This document shows, in pieces, positions 40,409-49,439 of a stretch of DNA of 64,000 nt. Source of the stretch: Gemmatales bacterium (GTDB lineage: Bacteria > Planctomycetota > Planctomycetia > Gemmatales > HRBIN36); contig JBEPZY010000003.1 in assembly GCA_041640595.1 (NCBI GenBank), forward strand, positions 476,342 through 540,341, read 5' to 3'. A model generated the notes under the pieces. That model ran no database searches. It was not told the origin of the DNA and saw only the letters and a program-made list of their open reading frames with translations. Numbering within the stretch: position 1 is the stretch's first letter; every line of letters begins with the position of its first letter. The translations under genes were made by a program, and so were the position numbers.

Positions 40409-41007
40409 TCCAGCAAATCCCGCTTCAGTGATTGGCAATCGTGGGCAGGTTGCGGAGCGAACTGTTGCAGAGCCTGGCGAAGTTTCGCCAGGGCACTACG
40501 CATTTGCGTTTTCACGGTTCCCACCGGCACGCCGCGGAGCTGGGCGATCTCCTCATAAGTCAGATCGGCGTTCTGCCGGAGCAGGAACACTTCCCGTTCG
40601 TCCTTGCGAAGCTCGGCAATGGCTCGTCGCAGGTGTACCAGGAATTCCTGCTGTTCGGTCTGGCAGGGTTGCGGGGGATCGGCGGCCGCGTAATCGCAGG
40701 CATCCTCGAGCGGTCGGCGTCGCTGATACCAGCGGTTGCGGCGGTTGTCGCGAGCAGTATTCAGGGCTATGCGATAAATCCAGGCACGTAGATTCTCTAC
40801 CCGCAGGACTTCTTCGCGGTGTCGCCAGCATTTGAGGAAGGCTTCCTGGGCAATATCGTGGGCATCGTCGCGGTTGCCGACGTACAGCGTCAGGGTGCTC
40901 AGCAATTCGTCCCGCATGCGGTTGAAGGCTGCCAGTAACAGTTCCCCGGCGGCAGCGCTGTCGGATGCCTTCGCCATGCTTGGCCTGCTCGCGACCGCCC
41001 GCTTCAT
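40405..41007 (-). CDS. ECF-family RNA polymerase sigma factor
   Basis: DAHDIAQEAFLKCW, AWIYRIALNTARD and LTYEEIAQLRGVPVGTVKTQM motifs. Confidence 0.93.
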   Translation of the reverse strand: MKRAVASRPSMAKASDSAAAGELLLAAFNRMRDELLSTLTLYVGNRDDAHDIAQEAFLKCWRHREEVLRVENLRAWIYRIALNTARDNRRNRWYQRRRPLEDACDYAAADPPQPCQTEQQEFLVHLRRAIAELRKDEREVFLLRQNADLTYEEIAQLRGVPVGTVKTQMRSALAKLRQALQQFAPQPAHDCQSLKRDLLE

Positions 41008-41513
41008 ATCCCACCTGTATGACGAATACCACCGCAGATTGGATTGACCCCTGGCGGTTTCCGATTCAACGGCACCGCTTCCTCTGGGCCGGACAAACGC
41101 TGGCCAATCCTGCATTCCTTATTTGCTATTCTTGCCAGACTGTGCGAGATTTTCCAGCGGCGCCAAACAAGCCAGGTCACAGGCGAGTTGAATTTCGGCG
41201 ACGTCGAAAAATTTCTTGACAACAGCAATCCGGCCGGTCAGATTGATGGCGCAGGGTCTGCGGAGAGCGAAAACCTTGCGGCGAGCCTCGCTTTCGCCCC
41301 ACCAGGAGCCGAAAACGTAACCGTCCGCGGCTGGCCAGAACGCTGCGGCGAAGTCGTGCGGCTGCGAAAGGGCCTGCCGTTGCCATTTCGCACACGGCTA
41401 CCCGCAGCTTGGCAACATCTTCGCCGGTTCGGCCACGAGACTGCGGCAACCAGAGTCGGTATAACATCCATCGCCTGGCTTGACCAACCCAGACAACAGC
41501 GGGAGAAGACACC

Positions 41514-42671
41514 ATGAGCCACACATCCTCGCGGAGTGTGAGTTTTCACGCGGGCAACCCAGTTTGCCCAACGCAGCGGCCGATTTGCGCGACGGATGAT
41601 TGGCGTTTCTGGCTCGTGAAAAGTCTGCTGGGCCGTGGCTGGCTGGCCCTTCTGATATTCGCCGGGTTGATTCAACTGAATTGGCCGGTTTATGGTACCG
41701 GTTTTCGCTGCCGGCCGCTTCCGGCGCTGCATGGTACCCTGCTCGATTACACAGACCGGCACGTCGTGGACCGGCGGATTCATTCTCCGGCACTGCAGCG
41801 GCCGCAATCGCTGTATGTGTATTTGCCGCCGGAATACGATCCGCAGAAAAGTTACCCGCTGGTGATTTATCTGCATGCGGGGATGCAGGATGTCGAAAGT
41901 TTCCTGCCGGTCGTGGCTATCCTCGACCAGCTGGTATCGTGCGGTCAGCTACCGCCCCTTCTGGTAGCAGCACCCGACGGCAGTTTGTGCCCTGGACAGT
42001 TCGGGAGCTTTTTCATCAACGGCCCAGCCGGGAACTACCACGATTGGGTCGCCGAGGACGTGTATGCCTTCGTGACGACGCGGTTCAACGTTCGTCCGGA
42101 ACCAGAAGCCCACGCCCTGGTCGGAGCCTCGATGGGCGGATTCGGTGCGTTCAATCTCGCCCTGAAACATCCCGACCGTTTCAAGACAGTGGTTGGGATT
42201 ATGCCGGCGTTGAATCTGCGCTGGGTCGGCGCCTGCGGTTGTTATTTCGATGATTTTGATCCGCACCATTGGGGCTGGCGACAGAGCATGGCACCACCTT
42301 ACGAACCTGTTGGCCGATTCGGGCCTTGCGGCATTGTGAAGTTGCGTGCCCGAGACGTCATCTACCCGGCTTTCGGAAGCGGCGAGGAGGCTTTCCAGCG
42401 CATCCAGGCTGAAAACCCCATCGAGTTGCTGCTCCGCAGTTCGCTCCAGGGCAACGACCTGGCCATGTACATTGCCTACGCCGGTCGGGATGAATTCAAT
42501 CTCGACGCCCAGGCGGAAAGCTTCATTTACGTCGCCCGGCAACGCAAGCTGGACCTGACCGTGGATTTCCATCCCTATGGCCGACACAATCAGCAAACGG
42601 CAATGCGGATGTTACCCGGTGTAGTGCAGTGGTTGCGACAGCGCCTCGCTCCTTACGCTCCGAAACCCTAG
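41514..42671 (+). CDS. Exported esterase (alpha/beta hydrolase, Fes/XynC-like); start uncertain
   Basis: YVYLPPEY..YPLVIYLH motif; GASMGG nucleophile elbow; GRH near the C-terminus. Confidence 0.85.
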   Translation: MSHTSSRSVSFHAGNPVCPTQRPICATDDWRFWLVKSLLGRGWLALLIFAGLIQLNWPVYGTGFRCRPLPALHGTLLDYTDRHVVDRRIHSPALQRPQSLYVYLPPEYDPQKSYPLVIYLHAGMQDVESFLPVVAILDQLVSCGQLPPLLVAAPDGSLCPGQFGSFFINGPAGNYHDWVAEDVYAFVTTRFNVRPEPEAHALVGASMGGFGAFNLALKHPDRFKTVVGIMPALNLRWVGACGCYFDDFDPHHWGWRQSMAPPYEPVGRFGPCGIVKLRARDVIYPAFGSGEEAFQRIQAENPIELLLRSSLQGNDLAMYIAYAGRDEFNLDAQAESFIYVARQRKLDLTVDFHPYGRHNQQTAMRMLPGVVQWLRQRLAPYAPKP

Positions 42672-42958
42672 CCCCCAGCGTTGCGGTGGACCTGTCGCTC
42701 ATCAGCGACACATCGCGTATCGGCGAACAGGACGGAGCGACTAACACGCAAGCAAGCCGTCGAAGTTGCCGCGTTCATATCGAGGAAATGGTAGAACTGT
42801 GGCCTGGATTGATGCTCCGCCTATCGGCAGCGACTTCAACAGACCGTGTAAGCCAGGGAAAGAACAAAGCTGTTGACCTGACGGATGCCTCGCATTTCGG
42901 CGGCACTGTCAACCGGTTGGGTGTGCGGAGTTGGAACCTTGTGGGCGAAGGCAGCGTC

Positions 42959-42995
42959 AAAAAAATAGCCCGCCGAGTGTTGCCACCCGACGGGC
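42959..42995 (-). terminator. Rho-independent terminator of the DUF1080 gene
   Basis: Minus strand GCCCGTCGGGTG-GCAA-CACTCGGCGGGC followed by TATTTTTTT. Confidence 0.85.
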
Positions 42996-43026
42996 ATGCG
43001 GAGGCAGGGACCACCGCAACAACCGC

Positions 43027-43626
43027 CTACAGCTCTTTGATGAAGATGTTACGGAACCACAAAGGCGAGCCGTGAATCTGCAAGTGAATCGGCCCTTCGG
43101 ATTTCACGGGCTTACCACCTGGCTGGAAAACGGCATTGTCCACCACCTTCTTGCCGTTGAGATAGACGGTGACGCGGTCGCCTTTCATGATGATGTGAAA
43201 CGTGTTCCACTGACCAGGCGGATTATCGGCCACGACCAGCGGCACCTTGCCCGGTGAGCCGGCTGGATTATTCCACAATCCGCCGGAACCTTCTTTGTTA
43301 TCCCAGATTTGCACCTGCGGCTGACCCCGCAAGTAAATTCCTGAGTCGCCTCCCTTTTCGATCTTCCAGTCCACGTAGAGTTCAAAGTCGCGGTAATTCT
43401 TCTCCGTAACCAGATTGCCGCCTCCTTTGCCGACGTAATGCAGCACACCATTTTCGACTTTCCAGAACTGCGACTGTTTGTCGGCATCACGCCAGCCGCT
43501 CAGGTCTTTGCCATTGAATAGAGCGGTGAAACCAGGCGGCGGTTGTTTGATCCCTTCCTGAGCCCAGGCGCAGACCAGAGCCAGCAGCCCCAGGCTTACC
43601 GTCACAGCAATCCGACTTCGCAGCAT
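43027..43626 (-). CDS. DUF1080 / 3-keto-disaccharide hydrolase family exported protein
   Basis: Signal peptide; LFNGKDLSGW, DSGIYLRG, GQWN and FRNIFIKEL motifs; AAGGAGG RBS. Confidence 0.92.
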   Translation of the reverse strand: MLRSRIAVTVSLGLLALVCAWAQEGIKQPPPGFTALFNGKDLSGWRDADKQSQFWKVENGVLHYVGKGGGNLVTEKNYRDFELYVDWKIEKGGDSGIYLRGQPQVQIWDNKEGSGGLWNNPAGSPGKVPLVVADNPPGQWNTFHIIMKGDRVTVYLNGKKVVDNAVFQPGGKPVKSEGPIHLQIHGSPLWFRNIFIKEL

Positions 43627-43878
43627 GGCAGGACCTCCTTTGCATGGGCTATGTGGGCGGGAATGAGGCGATGGGAAGTGTCAACGGCGCATCTCTGTGG
43701 CCATCGGTATGCTGACACCGGGCCACCAGTGGATGGGCTTTTAAAGCTTGCAAAAGAGCCCCGGGCGATCTGGAAAGCCCGTGGCCTGCGAGTCCCGGTA
43801 TCATGAGCCGACTCCCTTTGGGCGAACTGCAAGTTATTATGTAAGGCCACACGTGAACGGCAAGGAAGATTTCGCTAA

Positions 43879-44628
43879 CTAATCGGCACGGCGAACCACC
43901 CCGGACGAATCTTCCGCGACAAATATGTATGGGCGGAGCTTCTCCAGTGTACGGCTTTTGATGCCTCGAATTCGCGTCAGGTCCTCGACCCGCCGAAACG
44001 GCCCGTTTGCTTGCCGATCGGCAACGATTCGCTCAGCCAGCACCGGTCCGATGCCTGGCAACCGCATCAGCTCCTCGCGGCTGGCAAGGTTGATATCCAG
44101 CGGTGCCTCTGGCAACATTTTTGTCGCCGAAGCTGGCCGAGACGGCATCGTCGCGGGAATTGCCGGCTTGTCGCCCTTAGGAGGCTCATAATCGGTTACC
44201 GCGAATCGCACGGCGACCGTCGCCGCTGGTGCAGGCTCGCCGATGGTTACATGAGGACGCACTTTTTCGTAAGTTTTGGGCCCAATGCCGGGAACACGCC
44301 GCAGGTCTTCCACCTTCCGAAACGGCCCAAATTGCTGGCGGTGAGCGACAATGCGCTGAGCCAGTGTTGGCCCAATTCCCGGTAATGCGCCCAACTGTTC
44401 GACACTGGCCTGGTTCAGGTCCAGTCGGGGTTCCTCTTCTGCCGAGCGGCGTTCGACCCCGATTCGGGAGTCGGTAACGAAAACCGGTTTCGGTCGGCGT
44501 TGCCACCATTCGCTGATCGCTGCCGCCAACAACGCCAGCAACACCAGACCCAGCACCAGTTGTTGCTGGCGTGGCCAGCCGATCGAAGACGGGCCAGCGG
44601 TCTCCGCCCGCGCAGCTGGAGGCAACAT
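43879..44628 (-). CDS. ComEA-like DNA-binding protein with two helix-hairpin-helix modules
   Basis: TM anchor plus LDLNQAS..LPGIGP..GPF..VPGIG and LDINLAS..LPGIGP..GPF..IRGI. Confidence 0.88.
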   Translation of the reverse strand: MLPPAARAETAGPSSIGWPRQQQLVLGLVLLALLAAAISEWWQRRPKPVFVTDSRIGVERRSAEEEPRLDLNQASVEQLGALPGIGPTLAQRIVAHRQQFGPFRKVEDLRRVPGIGPKTYEKVRPHVTIGEPAPAATVAVRFAVTDYEPPKGDKPAIPATMPSRPASATKMLPEAPLDINLASREELMRLPGIGPVLAERIVADRQANGPFRRVEDLTRIRGIKSRTLEKLRPYIFVAEDSSGVVRRAD

Positions 44629-45064
44629 GCGTATCCTCCCGCGGTAAAACTTCCTCTCCGCTGCTGGACTCCTTTGCAGCTGTCAGCAGCTGTACGGAAA
44701 AACTCCGCAAATGGCAATGGGTGGCAGCGACGAATTTTCCGCGCTGCGGGTCTCGCTGTGCCAGCTGGCAATGGTAACTGCAAGGGTGCTCCTGGCTCGG
44801 CCTGCGAACCAGGTGCCAGCTGGCAATGCTCACCTCAGCGGTGCTATTTTGCCAAACGTGCGAGCGTTTCCGGTCGTGTCGCTCATGACGCTTGAAAGGT
44901 TTCGCGGCGAGACCCTGGGCTGGTTCTCCAGCCCCATGCCGAGCTGCGTGGCGCATGTTGCGTGGCACTGGAAATTTTCGCGGCGATACTGTTCGGGAAA
45001 CTGCTCCGGAGAAACATCCGCCAGCCGGGTCTTGGCAGCATACCCGCTGCGGTTCGGCTCGCCA

Positions 45065-45643
45065 TTAACGATTCTGCTCCAGTAATTCCCGAGCCACTTC
45101 CGCCATGGGTCGCCGCTGCCGACGCGACAACCCACGCAGCTGCAAATAAGCCTGTTCCTCCGAAAGGCCCTGCTGCTGAATCAACAAGGCTTTGGCTTTT
45201 TCGATGAGCAAGCGCTGTTCGAGTTTGTCGCGGAGGCGGGCAATTTCGTTGAGCAATTCCCGCTGCCGCACCAGAGCCGATCGCAGTGATAACAAAGCGG
45301 TATAGAGGCCATCCGGCCCGGCACTCACCGGCACCACGGCCGCCTGCTGCACCACCGAAACCAGCCGTTGGGGAGAGCGCAAGGGCACATTGACGACGAA
45401 AAGGATGGGAACGGGCAATCCCGCCAGACTCGCCGCTGCCAGTTCTTCCTCATGGTGGGCGACCCGGCAAACGATCGCTTCGACTTCGCCTTTGCGCACT
45501 GCTGCGGGCAAGGCCGTCGTCCAGTCGGAGCAACCGACTACGACGAATTCCCCACCACTGGACACCTGCAAGTCCGCCAACCACTGGCTCAGTTGGCTAT
45601 CGCTGGCCATGGTCTGGCTTTGCAGCAGCCACAGCCGGAACAT
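45065..45643 (-). CDS. ANTAR-domain RNA-binding antiterminator with degenerate receiver-like N-terminus
   Basis: Coiled coil followed by RLLIEKAKALL..GLSEEQAYLQLR..SRRQRRPMAEVARELL. Confidence 0.85.
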   Translation of the reverse strand: MFRLWLLQSQTMASDSQLSQWLADLQVSSGGEFVVVGCSDWTTALPAAVRKGEVEAIVCRVAHHEEELAAASLAGLPVPILFVVNVPLRSPQRLVSVVQQAAVVPVSAGPDGLYTALLSLRSALVRQRELLNEIARLRDKLEQRLLIEKAKALLIQQQGLSEEQAYLQLRGLSRRQRRPMAEVARELLEQNR

Positions 45644-45971
45644 TGCCTCTCTCCGCAGAATGTCTGCCGATCGCCCCCCGGTTTACAAATCGCTGGCTCC
45701 TGGCTGGCAAATTATTGATGGCCAATTCAGTCACGGCAGGGATCGAACAGAGCCCTGACGCTGTTCCGTCTCCTGCATAGGTAAGACGAGGCAGTTTACC
45801 CCGCTCAACGCCGTCGCTGCCACGGATGCCTGGTGCTGATCCGCGTGTGCATCTTTCAGTTCGCAGGCTACCGATGGCCCATGGATGACGGCAAGCTAAC
45901 GCCTGTCGCTTCTGATCTGCGACTGGCTGATAGCTATTCCAGGCGGGGCTATCTCGTTTGGCCGGAACGCA

Positions 45972-46319
45972 TTAAATCGCTTCCGGGCCCTGTTCACCGG
46001 TGCGGATGCGGATGCAATTTTCCAGGGGCAGAATGAAGATTTTGCCGTCGCCGATACGCCCTTCCGGTCCGGAGCGGCCTGCCTCGACGATGGCGTTGAC
46101 CGTTTTTTCGACGAAATCCTCGTTGACCGCAATCTGCAACTGAATTTTCCGGACGTATTTGACGGTCAACTCATGTCCGCGAAAGGTCTCGCTTTGCCCT
46201 TTCTGACGACCAAAGCCATACACCTCCATCCACGTCAGGCGAAACACCTCGACCTTATTCAATGCATCGCGGACCGCGTCGAGCTTTTCCGGGCGGATGA
46301 TAGCAATGATCAATTTCAT
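45972..46319 (-). CDS. PII family nitrogen regulatory protein (GlnB/GlnK-like)
   Basis: MKLIIAIIRP, GFGRQKG, GRIGDGKIF and IRIRTGE motifs. Confidence 0.95.
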   Translation of the reverse strand: MKLIIAIIRPEKLDAVRDALNKVEVFRLTWMEVYGFGRQKGQSETFRGHELTVKYVRKIQLQIAVNEDFVEKTVNAIVEAGRSGPEGRIGDGKIFILPLENCIRIRTGEQGPEAI

Positions 46320-46504
46320 GGTCAGGCCGCCTATTGCGGATCAGGTTGGGGCACGGGCTAATTGCATGACCCGCGTCCAGCTTGCGAATCACCATTAGCA
46401 CTAGCCACGGCGACAAGTTTTGTCCAACGCCGGACTCGCCGACTTTTCTGCTGAAACTTAGCAGTCCGAACGAACGGCTCATTTTCGGATGGATGCGCAC
46501 TGTC

Positions 46505-49420
46505 TTATCCTGGCGGAAATCGCCGTTGTGAACGCCGACGAGCCTGTTCCAGCGCAGAAAGTAACGGCGAAGCTGGCGCAGCGGGGGAATCGGAAACCGC
46601 TGGCCTGGGTTCGGGAGTCGCGGTGCTGGTAGTCGCGGATTTAGCCGGCGATCCCGTATCGGTTGGCCGGGCGACTCGGGTTGGGCTATTCCCGGCAGAC
46701 GCAGAGCCCGATTTGGCAGGGGCAGCTTCCAGCGTGCCTGGCCGGCGAACAAATGCCCACAGTCGGCGCGGGATTCGTGTGAGCGTGCTGGCAAGGTTTT
46801 GCCAGCGTGTCGTGAGTGTGGCCAGGTGCAGGCGCCCTCCCGCTGCGGTCAGCCAGCCGGTTCGCCGTTCCAGAATCTCCAGCAGCAGCGTCAGTAAAGC
46901 CAGTCCCAGCAGCCAGGGACGTAATGGGTAATATACGCGGGTAGCGGGCAGGTCGTGCCAGATGGTGGTGACATCGGTCCGTTCGCGGCCTCCCGTAGCC
47001 AGAGCTAGTTCTGCCAGAGCACCGGTCGGAGATTCCTCCGAGGCAGAACTGGTGCGTTGAGATTCGGCCGGTTCGAATTCGCAGGAGTAAGGCAAACAGA
47101 CAGGCGGTAAATTCACCGGCCCAAAGCCCGGCAGGTCGAGCGTGGCCAGGACGGTGTCGGTACTGGACAAAGGCAGTTGCAATTCGAGCGTGTCGGCCTG
47201 TACCCAACTGAGCGGATGCTCCTCGCGGACGAGCTGACCGTTGGGTCGCTGCCGCAAGGCGATCACTTTCGGCGGCCGGGGGAAAGACGGCGTTTCCTTT
47301 TCCGGGTCGAGGTGCAGGCGAATTCTGGCACTGCCGCGGAATCGTTCCAGCGTCCAGGCCGTGTCCTCCGGCAGGCCCTTGTGCCATTCAGAGGCCCAGC
47401 GGACGAGCGAGGCGAGAAAATCACCGTATTCGGGCCAGCGTGCGATCGGCCCGGTATATTTGCCATCCACTTCCGCGGTGTAGCACACCACACGACCCAG
47501 ACCGCGATGCCAGGCGGCTACCAGAGGTGCTCGGAATTCGTCCTGGGTTACCGCCCCACGAATCGCTCCGGGACGCAAGTAACAAAGATTGTAACCGCCC
47601 ACCGGTTCCGACAGAGTAAAGGCACGCGGAGTGAGGGTAAGCAACCCGGCTTCCGCTGACACCGGCGTTACTTCCTCGACAAAAGTGCTGCGAGCCACCT
47701 GGAACGCCTCCTGGGCAAACAGAAGCGGCAGCTGTTCGGCGTTTTCGGTGAAGTAAATGTTGCCACCACCTCGCCGGGCAACATCCCGCAGAAACTCGGC
47801 ATCCACATCGGTAGGTTTGCCCAGGCCGATCACGCTCACGGTTACGCCGGCATTGCGGAGTGCGGCCAGCAGCTTCTGATACTCGCCCGGCTCCTCAGCA
47901 TCGGCGGCGTCGGCAAAAAGAATAATGTGGCGGGTGGCGGCTTTGGCGTTCTGGATCATTTCTGCTGCCGCGAGCAGTCCCGTGTACACGAAAATACCTC
48001 CGCCCATGCTCTCGATGCTGAGGATGCGTTGCCGCAATTCGCTTTTGCTTTTCGGATTCACCAGGGGCGTAATGATGTGCGGCTGGCTATCCACCGCGAT
48101 CACGCCGATCTCGTCCATCGGCGTGAGTAATTCCAGCACCTGGGCCGCTCCCAGATTGGCCAAATCCATTTTGCATCTGCCGCCGCCTACCGGCATGGCC
48201 ATACTCCCGCTGCGATCCAGCACCATGACGATGGCGACGCTGAACTTGCGATGTTCCTGGCGCATCTCGAGAGAAACCGGGAGAACCTCGGCTAGCGGCG
48301 AACCATAATATCCACCCACGGCATAGCTGTTGCGGCCGCCGGTCATCACCAATCCGCCACCGGCATCGCGTACCCAGTGGCTCAGCACATTCATGCCGGC
48401 CATCCCCAGGTTTTCTGCCGCGACGTTTTCCAGGATCACCGCCGAGTAGTTGCTGAGCTCTTCAAGCGTCCAGCGGCATTGTTCGGGCGATCGGCTCTGC
48501 ACCTGGAAACCGCTCCGTTGCAGGAGCCTGGCGAAGGAATTGTTTGGCCTGGTAGAGACATGCAACACCGGACGCGAGCCGGCTACCTGGACGAGCAGCC
48601 GTGCGGTGTTATTCTCCGGTACCGGGTCTGCCATCTCCCCATGCACGCGCAGGTAATAGTCGTAGGTTCCCGGCTCCTGAGCACGCAGGCGAAAAGCGAT
48701 GCGATGTCGGCCAGCGGTAAATTCCTGTTCGACCGTACCCAGCACAGTATCGCCGAGGCGAAGCTCCGCACGCACTTTCTGGGCTATGGGGACGTCGAGC
48801 CAGGCGATCAGGTAAAATCCTGCATCGGTTTCCACGCGGCTCGGTGCTGTGATTTCCGCGATGGCCAGATCACCGGCGCTGCTCCGGGTCAGCAAGCGGT
48901 AATCCACGGGGATTTTGCGTGCAGCCAACCGACCGGTCAGCGTTCGCGGGTCGAGTCCCGTCCATCGGCCATCCGAAAGCACCAGAATTCGTGCCGGGCG
49001 ATCCTGCGGGCAAAGCTCCAGGGCTTTATCCAGCGCGGCCGCCAGTTCGGAACCATCCGTATCTACTTCGTGGACAAAACCGCTGAATGGTGTCGCCTGC
49101 GGCATTTGCTCAACCACCGGCTGCCTGCCAAACGCTACCACACCGAGGCATTCATTTCCCTGGCGGCTGCGGTAAAGCAGGTCGAGCACTTCTTTATGAC
49201 TGGTATCGGAATTGGGCGGCATCGAGGCACTGCGATCGGCCAGCACCACGACCACACCTTCCCGCCGCAACAATGGCCAGGAAAATCCCGCCAGTGCCAG
49301 CAAAACCAACAGCCAGACGGCAGCGCGACACGCCTGTCCCCACCCGGACGGTTGCCGCCAGTACCACCATACCAAAATCAGCGGCAAACCCAGTAACAAC
49401 CAGCCCGGTTCGGTCAGCAT
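46505..49420 (-). CDS. Membrane protein with two VWA domains and a glutamine amidotransferase-like segment
   Basis: MIDAS motifs DRSASM and DRSGSM; GGGLVMTGG..GGY..LPV segment; terminal TM helices. Confidence 0.85.
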   Translation of the reverse strand: MLTEPGWLLLGLPLILVWWYWRQPSGWGQACRAAVWLLVLLALAGFSWPLLRREGVVVVLADRSASMPPNSDTSHKEVLDLLYRSRQGNECLGVVAFGRQPVVEQMPQATPFSGFVHEVDTDGSELAAALDKALELCPQDRPARILVLSDGRWTGLDPRTLTGRLAARKIPVDYRLLTRSSAGDLAIAEITAPSRVETDAGFYLIAWLDVPIAQKVRAELRLGDTVLGTVEQEFTAGRHRIAFRLRAQEPGTYDYYLRVHGEMADPVPENNTARLLVQVAGSRPVLHVSTRPNNSFARLLQRSGFQVQSRSPEQCRWTLEELSNYSAVILENVAAENLGMAGMNVLSHWVRDAGGGLVMTGGRNSYAVGGYYGSPLAEVLPVSLEMRQEHRKFSVAIVMVLDRSGSMAMPVGGGRCKMDLANLGAAQVLELLTPMDEIGVIAVDSQPHIITPLVNPKSKSELRQRILSIESMGGGIFVYTGLLAAAEMIQNAKAATRHIILFADAADAEEPGEYQKLLAALRNAGVTVSVIGLGKPTDVDAEFLRDVARRGGGNIYFTENAEQLPLLFAQEAFQVARSTFVEEVTPVSAEAGLLTLTPRAFTLSEPVGGYNLCYLRPGAIRGAVTQDEFRAPLVAAWHRGLGRVVCYTAEVDGKYTGPIARWPEYGDFLASLVRWASEWHKGLPEDTAWTLERFRGSARIRLHLDPEKETPSFPRPPKVIALRQRPNGQLVREEHPLSWVQADTLELQLPLSSTDTVLATLDLPGFGPVNLPPVCLPYSCEFEPAESQRTSSASEESPTGALAELALATGGRERTDVTTIWHDLPATRVYYPLRPWLLGLALLTLLLEILERRTGWLTAAGGRLHLATLTTRWQNLASTLTRIPRRLWAFVRRPGTLEAAPAKSGSASAGNSPTRVARPTDTGSPAKSATTSTATPEPRPAVSDSPAAPASPLLSALEQARRRSQRRFPPG

Positions 49421-49439
49421 GGTTTCCCCTTTCGGATGC

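Noticed and set aside
45644..45971. Dual-hexaloop ANTAR target RNA upstream of the ANTAR gene
   Set aside because: Only one imperfect candidate (minus strand CAGC-GACGGC-GTTG near 45806-45819), lacking the conserved loop A, with no second loop or terminator
46348..46367. Sigma54-like GGCAC..TTGC near the PII gene
   Set aside because: GG-to-GC spacing is 12 rather than 10 nt, and it is on the wrong strand for the PII gene
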